Origin: Halobacteriovoraceae bacterium
GTDB lineage: Bacteria; Bdellovibrionota; Bacteriovoracia; Bacteriovoracales; Bacteriovoracaceae
Direction: 5' to 3'
Assembly: GCA_963719505.1 (NCBI GenBank)
Contig: CAVRCF010000005.1
Coordinates: 256,001 to 320,000 of the forward strand
Length of the DNA: 64,000 nt
The notes below the pieces were generated by a model. That model saw nothing but the letters and a program-made list of their open reading frames with translations. It was not told the DNA's origin and did not search any database. Positions 19,861 to 29,700 of this stretch are shown one piece after another; the first letter of the stretch is position 1, and every line of letters starts with the position of its first letter. The position numbers and the translations under genes were made by a program.

Positions 19861-20280
19861 TCACATTTTTTTGTAACTACAAATAAGAACATGATGACTA
19901 TCTCCGACGACACGTTCTTTTTCATAACTTAAAAATTCTTGGGAAAATGATTCTTTAATTTCGATTCTAGAGATGAGCTCTTTTTTAAGACCAAAAAGCT
20001 TTCTCTTATGTGTTTTGGTGAGAATATGATTGTTGGATACTTTATTCGTTATGGTAATTTTACCAACCTTCGTCACACTTGATTCCAAGTAAATTGTCGA
20101 ACTGGTGACGGCCATATTTTCATAATAGAGATCAATAACGACAGAGTCATGGCGGATGGGATCCATCGTTATTTGAAGTTCAGTAGGACAGGTCACTCCC
20201 CCATTTTTTTTGATATAGAGACCGTTTAAATCGGCATAGAGATGAGTTGAGATAAATAAAAGAATAAGTGTTAATTTCAT
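19861..20280 (-). CDS. Secreted hypothetical protein
   Basis: AGGAG ribosome-binding site, signal peptide. Confidence 0.7.
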   Translation of the reverse strand: MKLTLILLFISTHLYADLNGLYIKKNGGVTCPTELQITMDPIRHDSVVIDLYYENMAVTSSTIYLESSVTKVGKITITNKVSNNHILTKTHKRKLFGLKKELISRIEIKESFSQEFLSYEKERVVGDSHHVLICSYKKM

Positions 20281-20428
20281 AATGGCTCCTGATTTTTATA
20301 AAGCCTTATAGAGCTTTTTAAGACTTCTTTCTACCTTATTGAAGTTATTATGGTTTCATTTTAAGACCAAAACACTCAAGTAAATGGGACAATCAACCGA
20401 TAGGGAGTATAATTTAAAAGGAGAGTTT

Positions 20429-21328
20429 ATGAAAAAATTAGTTTTTGGCCTTGTCATGGGCCTGTCTTTAGCTTCATACGCTGATGTTGATTATGAATAT
20501 TGTAATGAGACGACAAATAAGGTGTATCAATTAGCCAAGATAGATGGTCATGAGCTCCCTAACCTCTTTGAGATTGGTGAAGATGGAAGACTTATTGTCA
20601 ACGAAGACCACGCAAAGCTCATCTCTTTTGATACGAACGAAACAGACTCCGTACAAAATTATAAGTTTAAAACCACGACTGAAAAGCGCTCTATTTTGAG
20701 GCTCTTTAGAAGAAATGATACGAAGATTGAAGAGCTTGAATACACCTTTGAAGTTCAAAGAGACTCCAAAGGCAGAATCAAATCTATTTCTCAAAAAAAT
20801 AGCTGCGCAGACTGCGCAGGTGGATCTTCTTTAGAGTTTACCTACTCAAAAGACAACTGTGTCCCATCTGTTTATGTAACGGAAAATCTCCAAGCTGAAA
20901 AAGCCATCGTCACTGATACTCTCGTTTGCCGAGAGATAGTTGAAAGCGAAAAAGATCTTATTAAGAAAATGAGAGAGGGAAAGAAATGTCTTAATGAACT
21001 TAATGAACAGTATGCCCTTAGTCAGGATAGGCTTGATAGACATGTAAAAAGATTGAAAGATCAAACAGATAAACTTGATAAAGGTATTGAATCACAGCTT
21101 TCAAAAAGTCTTAAGAAGATAAGTGAGCTTGGTAAGAAGTTATCTAAACCTCTTACTAAATACGCTGAGATGGCCGAAGATGAATTCGATGTGAGAATTT
21201 CAACTTCAGAAGTTATAACTAATTGTATGAAGACACTTGATAAAAAAATGTTAACGGGAAATAAAGTGTTTGATGGAAATGTTATCAAACGCGAAGATGC
21301 TCCTATTGTTGCTCCTTTGGCGCTCTGA
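20429..21328 (+). CDS. Secreted hypothetical protein with coiled-coil C-terminus
   Basis: ATG at 20429 after AGGAG; signal peptide; sigma28-like motif upstream (20376..20403). Confidence 0.75.
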   Translation: MKKLVFGLVMGLSLASYADVDYEYCNETTNKVYQLAKIDGHELPNLFEIGEDGRLIVNEDHAKLISFDTNETDSVQNYKFKTTTEKRSILRLFRRNDTKIEELEYTFEVQRDSKGRIKSISQKNSCADCAGGSSLEFTYSKDNCVPSVYVTENLQAEKAIVTDTLVCREIVESEKDLIKKMREGKKCLNELNEQYALSQDRLDRHVKRLKDQTDKLDKGIESQLSKSLKKISELGKKLSKPLTKYAEMAEDEFDVRISTSEVITNCMKTLDKKMLTGNKVFDGNVIKREDAPIVAPLAL

Positions 21329-21344
21329 GGCTGTCGAGCAATAA

Positions 21345-22457
21345 CTAGCGCAAAATTTTTCTAACGAGATCTAAACTTTGAGTGTTGTGAAATCTTTTTA
21401 AATCTTCTAAGGTTTTTAAAGATTTCCCATACACTCTTATAGAATTTTTAAGCTTATATTCCTCAGCTGTTGAGTGCTTACCTTGCCCTAATGAATTAAC
21501 AATACTTTTTATAGATGCTGCTAAGAACAGGTAATGCAGACGATCTTTATTTTGTCCTCGTCTTCTTCTCCATGTGTAGTCATAAGCCCTTTGAAAGTGA
21601 TGGGGTCTATATTTTAATATTTGTGTTATCTTGTTCTCAATGTCTTTTTCATTAATCAGATCTTCAAGCTGAACTTCGCAGGCCGAATTGTCGATAAACT
21701 CTTGTCCCAAAAAGACGACTTCTTTTATAAAGTTGTATCTTTTGGGTGACGTTGATTTGAGGACTTCAGGCTTTATTCTGTAAGAGCTAACACTTTCAGA
21801 AAAATCCTCAGCAGGATTTGTCATGGCATAATTGGAGACAAGATTGTCTGAGATAAGGGGGGAACCCTCGTAGATACTTCCGTCTCTTCTTGTGGACCTA
21901 ACTTTCCAACCCCCATCGATATTCTCCCAGGTCTTTGAAGAGTCAACATCGGCCACTCTATGACCAAGAAGATGAGAGAGCTCATGGTAAATGATTGATG
22001 TTCTCATATCACTATCAAAGAGCATCCAGCGGTTGGGATTTATATACAGCTTGCTTCCTTTCATCGAAGCCACGCCCTGTCTTTGTTCTTCTATGTGATA
22101 ACTTGCACTGGTTGAAAGAAGATTAGAGCCTATATATTGCCATCTAGGAACGAGCATAATGGCTTTATAAATGTCTCTAATATGCTGATCTGTAAAACGA
22201 GAATCAGCCATATAAGCTGAGATATTGTGGCCTAGACCTCTTAACAGATTATAGATATCGCTTAGAGTAAGTTCAGAGATATCTCTCGAAAGACAGTGCG
22301 CCTTTTCAAGATCTCCTGGCATGACAGCGTGAGAGTCCTTACCATTTTTAGTTCCTATTTCAGGATTATAAGCTTTGAAATCACTGTGCGCGACAGTGCT
22401 AATGGTTAAAATAGAATAGAGACTCATCAAGATTGTTTTCATAATGCTTCGCATCAT
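21345..22457 (-). CDS. Secreted zinc metallopeptidase-like protein
   Basis: HELSH (HExxH) followed by VSNYAMTNPAEDFSES, typical of zincin or lethal-factor-like domains. Confidence 0.75.
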   Translation of the reverse strand: MMRSIMKTILMSLYSILTISTVAHSDFKAYNPEIGTKNGKDSHAVMPGDLEKAHCLSRDISELTLSDIYNLLRGLGHNISAYMADSRFTDQHIRDIYKAIMLVPRWQYIGSNLLSTSASYHIEEQRQGVASMKGSKLYINPNRWMLFDSDMRTSIIYHELSHLLGHRVADVDSSKTWENIDGGWKVRSTRRDGSIYEGSPLISDNLVSNYAMTNPAEDFSESVSSYRIKPEVLKSTSPKRYNFIKEVVFLGQEFIDNSACEVQLEDLINEKDIENKITQILKYRPHHFQRAYDYTWRRRRGQNKDRLHYLFLAASIKSIVNSLGQGKHSTAEEYKLKNSIRVYGKSLKTLEDLKRFHNTQSLDLVRKILR

Positions 22458-22538
22458 ATCTTAAATATTTTTTCATTTCATCAGGTTTGAAACATTTATA
22501 GTTTTGACGAAAAGGTCGCTATTCATTACCCTTATCTT

Positions 22539-23231
22539 ATGAAAATTATTGCCTTTTTATTGAGTTTTAGCGCGTTTGGAGCCTCCACTTTCGTAGATGA
22601 ATGGAAATCTCCTGTGAGCTACGACTCATCAAAAGCCGTCCTGACCTATGGAACATTGGCCACCACCCTTTTAGTCTTAACCGAAGAATCTACCATCGAT
22701 AAAGTTCAAGCCTACTCAAAAGAAAGAGGTCTTCTAAGCTATGATATGTCTAAATTTGGAGACTTAACTGGACAGGTTATTCCAAACGTCTTGTACATCT
22801 CTGGCTCCTATATCTATGGAAAATTCAATGATGAGACTCGCTCATTAAGAAGAATTAAACTCATGGCCAAGGCCACATTTTATAGTGGGCTCACCACGAT
22901 GATTCTAAAAAATGTCATTGGCCAAAGAAGACCCGATAGTGAAAATAGACAATCATTCCCTTCCGGCCATACCACGACGGCTTTCGCGTTTGCTTCAGTT
23001 ATTGCCATGGAGCATGAATGGTATTGGGGAACAGCGGCTTATGCGATGGCCACTGTTACAGGTGTAAGTCGAATTCACGATAACGCTCATTATATCCATG
23101 ACGTGGTGGCCGGAGCGACTATTGGATCGGCTTTTGGAATCGCACTTTCAAAGTTGGCCGATGATGATGCCCAGTACTCCTTTATTCCAACTCAGGGTGG
23201 GGCAATGCTTGGTCTTGTGAAGAAGTGGTAG
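22539..23231 (+). CDS. PAP2-family phosphatase
   Basis: K-x6-RP, SFPSGH and SR-x5-H-x3-D motifs. Confidence 0.92.
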   Translation: MKIIAFLLSFSAFGASTFVDEWKSPVSYDSSKAVLTYGTLATTLLVLTEESTIDKVQAYSKERGLLSYDMSKFGDLTGQVIPNVLYISGSYIYGKFNDETRSLRRIKLMAKATFYSGLTTMILKNVIGQRRPDSENRQSFPSGHTTTAFAFASVIAMEHEWYWGTAAYAMATVTGVSRIHDNAHYIHDVVAGATIGSAFGIALSKLADDDAQYSFIPTQGGAMLGLVKKW

Positions 23232-23232
23232 A

Positions 23233-23466
23233 CTAAAAAGTATAAGAGGATTTGGCGACGATAACTTCTAAGTTGAATTTATCTTTGTCTTGTCGTGTGA
23301 GATTGGAATGAAAAACTTTTAAGCCTCGAGAGTTTAGGTCGGATTCGATATTATCGGCTTCGATTGATGTTATATTGAGATATTCATAGACTGCTGCTTG
23401 ATAGTTTTGAGAGATGTCATACTTTTCATACTCGTCAAAAGGAAGTGGCTTTTCTGTAAAGTGCAT
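23233..23466 (-). CDS. Small hypothetical protein
   Basis: 77 aa; TAATG coupling to the upstream small gene. Confidence 0.65.
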   Translation of the reverse strand: MHFTEKPLPFDEYEKYDISQNYQAAVYEYLNITSIEADNIESDLNSRGLKVFHSNLTRQDKDKFNLEVIVAKSSYTF

Positions 23467-23627
23467 TAGTCTTTAATCACTTTATATTCAGCTTCAACGA
23501 TATCGTCATTAGGATCTTTTTCTTCTTCTTTTTTCTTGAGTTCAGCTTGTTGAATTATTTTTGATGCCTTTAAAATCGTCCTTATGCCAAAGATAATGGC
23601 CAAAACAACTAATATTTTTAAAATCAT
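23466..23627 (-). CDS. 53-aa single-pass membrane protein absent from the ORF track
   Basis: MILKILVVLAIIFGIRTILKASKIIQQAELKKKEEEKDPNDDIVEAEYKVIKD; ATGA overlap upstream and TAATG overlap downstream. Confidence 0.75.
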   Translation of the reverse strand: MILKILVVLAIIFGIRTILKASKIIQQAELKKKEEEKDPNDDIVEAEYKVIKD

Positions 23628-25317
23628 TTCTTACCCTTCTGTGCTTTTTCTTCAGCCGCTTTTGCCTCTTCAGCCGCTTTCAGCTCTTCCATTTTCTTTT
23701 GTTCTTCAGCTCTTTTTTGAACAACTTGATTTTTTAAGTCCTCGACACTAGCTTTTTCTTCTGCCTTTTTAAGTTCTTTTGCTCTAAAGAAAACGGAGTT
23801 GATAAATTTTCTTAAATCACTTCTTTGGACTTCACCTATAGTGTGAATGACTGCATAATAATTAGCTTTGATACCGGCTTGATTTGGAGCAGGGGCTACT
23901 GAAATATACATACTCACCGGTTTATTAATTTTAATTACAGTTCGCTCTGGAAGTTCTAGTTCAGTGTCAAAATAAACATCATTTTCAGATACGGCAACTA
24001 GCTTCATATCAATTTCTAATTCAGCATAGGTTGCAGGATGATCTTTTTTGATGAAAAGAGTTCCCTCGTCGTGCTCTACAGCTGAAACAAGAAGCTTCTC
24101 TTTCAACATCTCTGACATTTTTAACACCAAGTCGGTGGTCATTTTTTCTTTGAAAGAGAGAATGTTTTTATAGCCCAATGAGCAGTCATAAGCCTTTTAG
24201 AGTCATAGGTTCCACTATTAAAAACGATAATATAGGGATTATACCCCTCTATAGATTTGAGATGTCCGACAAGTGTTTGTAGATTTTTTAATTCGTTATA
24301 GGAGTAAGCAATATCTGCATTTACTTCTAACTCCTCTTCCTCAATTTGCTCCATATTGAAGACGATGAGCTGGGCCATAACTTTTTTTAACTCTTTTAGC
24401 GGCTCTTTTAAATATGGTTGGCATCTTAGGACAAATGGAAATTGATCAGTAAGCTTCTCTTGAGCGTAAAAACTTAGCTCTTTATCGATAACCAGAGTTT
24501 TAAGTTTTTTGGGATTCGAGATGTCTTGGTTTTGCTCAATCCACTTTTCAAGCATCATTGTTGATTCGAGAACCTGATCTTCATATTCGAGTTCTAATTT
24601 TTGAACTTCTTCAGGCGGTAACTCGTCTTCAAAATTTGGCAAAGTCGCGTATTGAAAGCCAAATTCTTGAGAATATTTAAAGTTATAATAGAGATCTTCA
24701 TCAGTTGAAGATGCACAGTCGGCCATGAGCGACTTGAGAATTCCTTTATTAGACCAATGGGTATGGATGGCGTAAGTGTCTCCCATTTTAAGACTTAAAT
24801 CCGACTCAATACGAATCCCCTCTTTTGAAAGGATACTGACCATGCAAGGGATCCTGCCAAGAATCTCATCTGAGAGCTTCGCTGTAGCAAAGCCATGAGG
24901 CACTAATTTGTCGGGAAAGCTATAAGCGATACTATTGTAAACTAAGGAGCTGAGTTCAATACTTTTAATATGAACGCATGTTACTCCGGCTAAAATGGCC
25001 CGCTGGGAGTGGTGAAAATCTTGATTTTGATCAACAAGCCCAACAACAAAAGGTTTATGTACTCTATTTAACCGTGCTAAAACTCTAACAATGTGGAGCA
25101 TTTGGTCTGTATTTTGTGAAAAGTCGATAAAGATAATTTTAGGTTTTTTCGCACGAATATCACCGATAAGAAGTTGAACCTCTCTATCGTTGCTCTTGTG
25201 CAAATCAAGGAATTCAAAAGATAATGATTCGTAAGTTTGAGAAAATTTAGATTTAAGAGTTTTCCAATAACCAATATCGGATCCTACATAAATAATTTTT
25301 GGCGTAATTGTTGTCAT
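23624..25317 (-). pseudogene. Receiver-like / PilZ-like hybrid protein split by a frameshift near 24180
   Basis: ORFs 24139..25317 and 23624..24178 overlap out of frame; the second has only a weak TTG start and reads as a continuation (KRLMT...LGYKNIL). Degenerate receiver N-terminus (KIIYVG, PKIIFID). Confidence 0.6.
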
Positions 25318-26029
25318 AAACTATTCTCTTTCAACCTGTCTTGGTACATTTTGAGGTAGCTACTGCTAACCTCATCATTTGAATATTTAGACTTCGTTTC
25401 ATAAAATTTTATACACTTTTTATAATATTCAATTTTTACGGATTTTTCACTATTTTTAAAAGCTCCTGTCGCCAGAACTTCCTCTCCCTTAAATTGAGAA
25501 AGGACAAGAACCTCATAAAATTTTGAATTATCAGTAATTAAATTCTCCTCGACAATTAAATACTTAAGCTTTGCAATACTTGTTCTTACTTCGTCTAAAT
25601 TATTATGAGCACTTAAGATTATTATATCATTTTTGTTTAACTGAAGTCTAAGGTTTTCCAAAATTCTTATACTTAGCTTACCTCCGATACCAGCAATTAA
25701 GATCGTTTTCCTTAAATTTTTGTCAATTTTGATCTTTGTACAGTCTTCAAGTAGGATGTTAACTTTGTCCTTCAGGAATATCCGCAACTAGAGGAGTAGA
25801 GAGATTCTGTTATGGTATCGACAATATCAACAAGATTGACTCTTTCGATGGATTGGGACTCAATCAAAGAATAGCCAATATGCCCGTGGTCACAGCAAAA
25901 ATCAAAGAATTCTGGATTTGGATATTTTAAACATAAGCTTTTAAGATGATTTAATCGAAAGCTTAAATTAAGATTCTTAATTCCCAATCTCCTTGGAAAG
26001 CTCCTCGGTTCGATAAATTGCTTTATCAA
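25314..26029 (-). pseudogene. trmK: tRNA (adenine22-N1)-methyltransferase, frameshifted near 25775-25795
   Basis: N-part has LSFRL and DFCCDHGHI; C-part has ILIAGIGG and DNSKFYEVL. These are the two halves of TrmK in different frames. Confidence 0.75.
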
Positions 26030-26777
26030 TCGCCTGAGAAGTTATTGAAAGCAAATCATGGCGTTTGTATTCTTTAACGGCTTCTATGGTAACTCCAGCT
26101 TTACTGGTCACCTCAGATAGAAGTTCAGAGTAACTTTTATTTGATTCTTTCATGAGTTTGGCAGATCCTAAAAAAAGATTATCGAGTAACTCTTTACTCA
26201 TTTTTTCTTCAAAGCCCAAAGATTTCATCTTTTGAAATAAAGTATCCGCAAAGTTATAGATGTAAGCTGGGCCACAACCAGAAAAAACAGTAAGAGTATC
26301 AAGTTCTCTTTCATCCTTACAAATAATAAGGCCTGAGTCGCTAAATATACTTTTAAATTTTTCTACTAAATCTTCAGGAAGTGCCTTATCAAAAAATGAT
26401 AAGGTTACCCCGGCGTTCACACCGATGGGAGTGTTTGGCATAATTCGAAAGATGCTTTTAGACTGAAAAGACTCCTCTAACATATTGACATCTGTTGCGG
26501 CCAACATGGAGACAATAACGGGGTTTTCAGTGATCTTATTAAAGTCCAAGCACAGATCTCTTAACTGTTGAGGCTTACAACCAATAAGCCAGAAATCAAT
26601 CTCAAGAGCACGAAAATCATCTAGACTTCTTAAAGCGTTTCCACCAATTTCTTTCGCTAACTTTTCAGCTTTAGTAAAAGAGGGTGTATAAGTGTAGAAG
26701 CTTAAATCCTTATTTTGAGATAAGTTTTTAACAACGGCATAAGCCATACTTCCACAACCTATAACTCCAATATTCAT
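25977..26777 (-). CDS. proC: Pyrroline-5-carboxylate reductase
   Basis: IGCGSM, KPQ, RIMPNTP, SGCGPAY and VTSKAGVT. Confidence 0.95.
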   Translation of the reverse strand: MNIGVIGCGSMAYAVVKNLSQNKDLSFYTYTPSFTKAEKLAKEIGGNALRSLDDFRALEIDFWLIGCKPQQLRDLCLDFNKITENPVIVSMLAATDVNMLEESFQSKSIFRIMPNTPIGVNAGVTLSFFDKALPEDLVEKFKSIFSDSGLIICKDERELDTLTVFSGCGPAYIYNFADTLFQKMKSLGFEEKMSKELLDNLFLGSAKLMKESNKSYSELLSEVTSKAGVTIEAVKEYKRHDLLSITSQAIDKAIYRTEELSKEIGN

Positions 26778-26788
26778 CTCTTTCCTCT

Positions 26789-29700
26789 CTACAGGTCTAG
26801 CTCTAAAGGAGCACCATGCCTCATAGTGTTGATAGCAAAAGAGCGCACAATACTGTATTCCTTTGCATATCTATCCCAGTCGCGCATAAATATAGTTTCA
26901 CCACTAACGATGTATTTCACTAAGAAATCTCTCTCTACTTCAAACAGGTGCTTACTAACAAGATCAATAATCTTTTTAGAGTTTTCACTGACCACAAACT
27001 CAAAGTTTGAATCCCGTAGAGTCTCAGTTAATTTTTCTTTATTTAGGTTAAAAGCGACGATATTAAAGGGAGAGAATCCTACAATATAGGCCAAATCAAT
27101 AATTGGCATCCAGCTTTCATAACAATCTTTATTAAGGCAAACGACATTAACCGCATTTCCAACACCGATATTAACTAACATATCGACTAAAAGAGAAAAA
27201 TCAATCTCGTTACTTGCTGCTATGAACAGACCGTGGCCGAGTTTGAGGTCACGTTTGTCAAAACTAATCTGACCGGGAATATCTCTGTTGGGAAATTCTC
27301 TTTTTTCGAGAAGGTTTGTATCGTCTTTTAAATACTCCATCAGACTGATGAGATCATCCTTTTGATGATAATCAATTCCCTTAAAGAAATATTCGTATCT
27401 ATTGATGAGTCTATCAATTAACTCAATGAGGTTATCAATTCTTTTTCTTTGCGTGAGTTTTGATTCGCTAGCAAGGGCAAAATCATCAACGAGTTCATTA
27501 TCGAGCACAAGGTCATCTAGCTTCTTTTCGGAGTCAACGGTCATAAAGCTGTAGAGATAATCTTCTCCACCAGCTTTTGGTCCAGTTCCACTCATTTTAA
27601 AGCCTCCAAATGGCTCAATGGCAACTCGCGCCCCTGTATTTGGTCTATTGATATAGATGTTTCCACACTCAAGTTTTGGAGCGAGATAATCAATATCATC
27701 TTGAGACTGACAAAAAATCCCACCCGTTAGAGCGTATTGAGTAGAATTAAAGATAGTCACAGCTTCATCTAAATCATCAAAAGGAATAATATGAATAAGC
27801 GGACCAAAAATTTCAGTTTGAGCGATACTGTCCTTATCCATAGATCGAAGAGCACTCACTTCATACACTGACGGTCCCACACAATGACCTGGGTAGTCTC
27901 CTTGAGATAAGTCTACATGAACAACGCCACCGAACTTCTCAACCTCTTCAGCGGCTTTTTTATTGAGTTCAATCAGTCTCTCTTTATCTTCCGCACCAAT
28001 AAGAGGATTGATAAATGTATCGAAGTTATCACTCTTTCCGACAGTAATATCTCTTACTGCATGAACAAAGCGTTGAATAAAAGCATCTTTCACTTTTGCA
28101 TCGATAATAATTCTTGAAGCCGCTGAACATTTTTGGCCAGCGTGAGCAAAACACGCATAGATAAGTCCAGAAACTGTTTCATCAAGCTCACAGTTATTTG
28201 TCACGATGACTGCGTTTTTACCACCCATCTCAGTAATTGCCATTCGGCTAATACCTTCTTTTGTTTTCGATTTTATAGTCTTATAAATTTCAGTACCAAC
28301 GGCTTTAGATCCCGTGAAAACGACACCATCGATGTCTTTATGGTTTGTGATATGGGCACCGATATCTCCGTGACCAAAAGCGAGCTTGAAGACATCTTCA
28401 CTGATCCCAGCTTCAAGAGCAAGGTCATAGAATTTCTTCACAATTAAAGGGGTCTGCTCAGCTGGTTTTAATAAAACGGTATTCCCAGTAACAAGAGCGG
28501 CCACACTCATCCCCACAGGTATCGCCAGCGGAAAGTTCCAAGGGGCAACAACACCGATTACACCTCTTGGTGAATAATCTCCGTGATGAATCTTTATATC
28601 AAAGTAGGTTCTCACGTAGAAAAGAATAAAATCGATCGCCTCATCAACATCAGCGATCGCCTCTTCTATCGTTTTACCAGCTTCAAAAATAATAAGGCTG
28701 GTGAAACTCTCTCTATTAATGAGGAGTAAATCAGCTAACTTGAGTAAAGCTGCGTGCCTTTCATTTTTGAGATCGGCCCAACTTCCTTCGATGCTTGCCG
28801 CTTTAAGGACTTCAATCTTTGCGTCGACACTTTCTTTAGAATCTAACTCGACACTTCCGATGACCATGGTTGGATCAGAGGGAGAAAAGACCTTTTCACC
28901 TTGATGGTTTGTATCCATACTCAAAAGCTTTCTTTGCTCAAAACACTCTAAGAAATACTCTAAATGTTGGGGTCTATAGGTTCTAATGGGGTAGATATTT
29001 TTAAAGTTACGTCTAAGCTTCAATATAGAATCATCATAGACTAATTCTTTTTTAAGAAATTTTTCTTCAATCCTCTCGGTCGGAGTTTTGAAGTTCATTT
29101 TCTTTTTATGACTTCTCATAATTGTTAAAATTCCAACTTGAGAGGAGTTTTCCATAATTCTTCTTACAAGATAAGCCATCCCAACCAAAAGATTTCCAAC
29201 AGGAATATAATTTCTTGTTGGCCACTTCATTAAAGATAACCCATAAGACAGTGCCTCGTAAGTCATATGAAGACACTGATGCTCGATCATAGGCGCATTT
29301 GGAAAGTTGGTCTCCCTCAGGGCTTCTGCAAAACAGTGGTCTTGAATATTATGACTCGCGACCGCAAGTTGAATATGTTGATCTTCTTTAAGGCAAAGAT
29401 AAACAACTTGTCTAAAGTGAATATCTGTTTCTTCCTTATTTAAAAACTCTGGGGCTTCAAAATTAAAGGCTTTCGCTTCAACCGTCTCAACGTCCCAATA
29501 AGCCCCCTTAACCAGTCGAATAGGCATTCTGAGCCCTCGTTTTTTAGCAAGTGCCAAGACATCTTGGAAGTGAAGGTGTCCATCTCGAAGATAAGCCTGA
29601 ATAACGATACCGGTATCGGAGAAGTTTTTAAGCTCTTCCGTCTCTAGTAAAAGTTTACCGTAGACTTCTAACACAGTATCTCTGTAGTGATAGTGTTCGG

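Noticed and set aside
5100-22500. Integron cassette array explaining the small secreted genes
   Set aside because: No integron integrase, no recurring attC-like sites seen, and mixed gene orientations.
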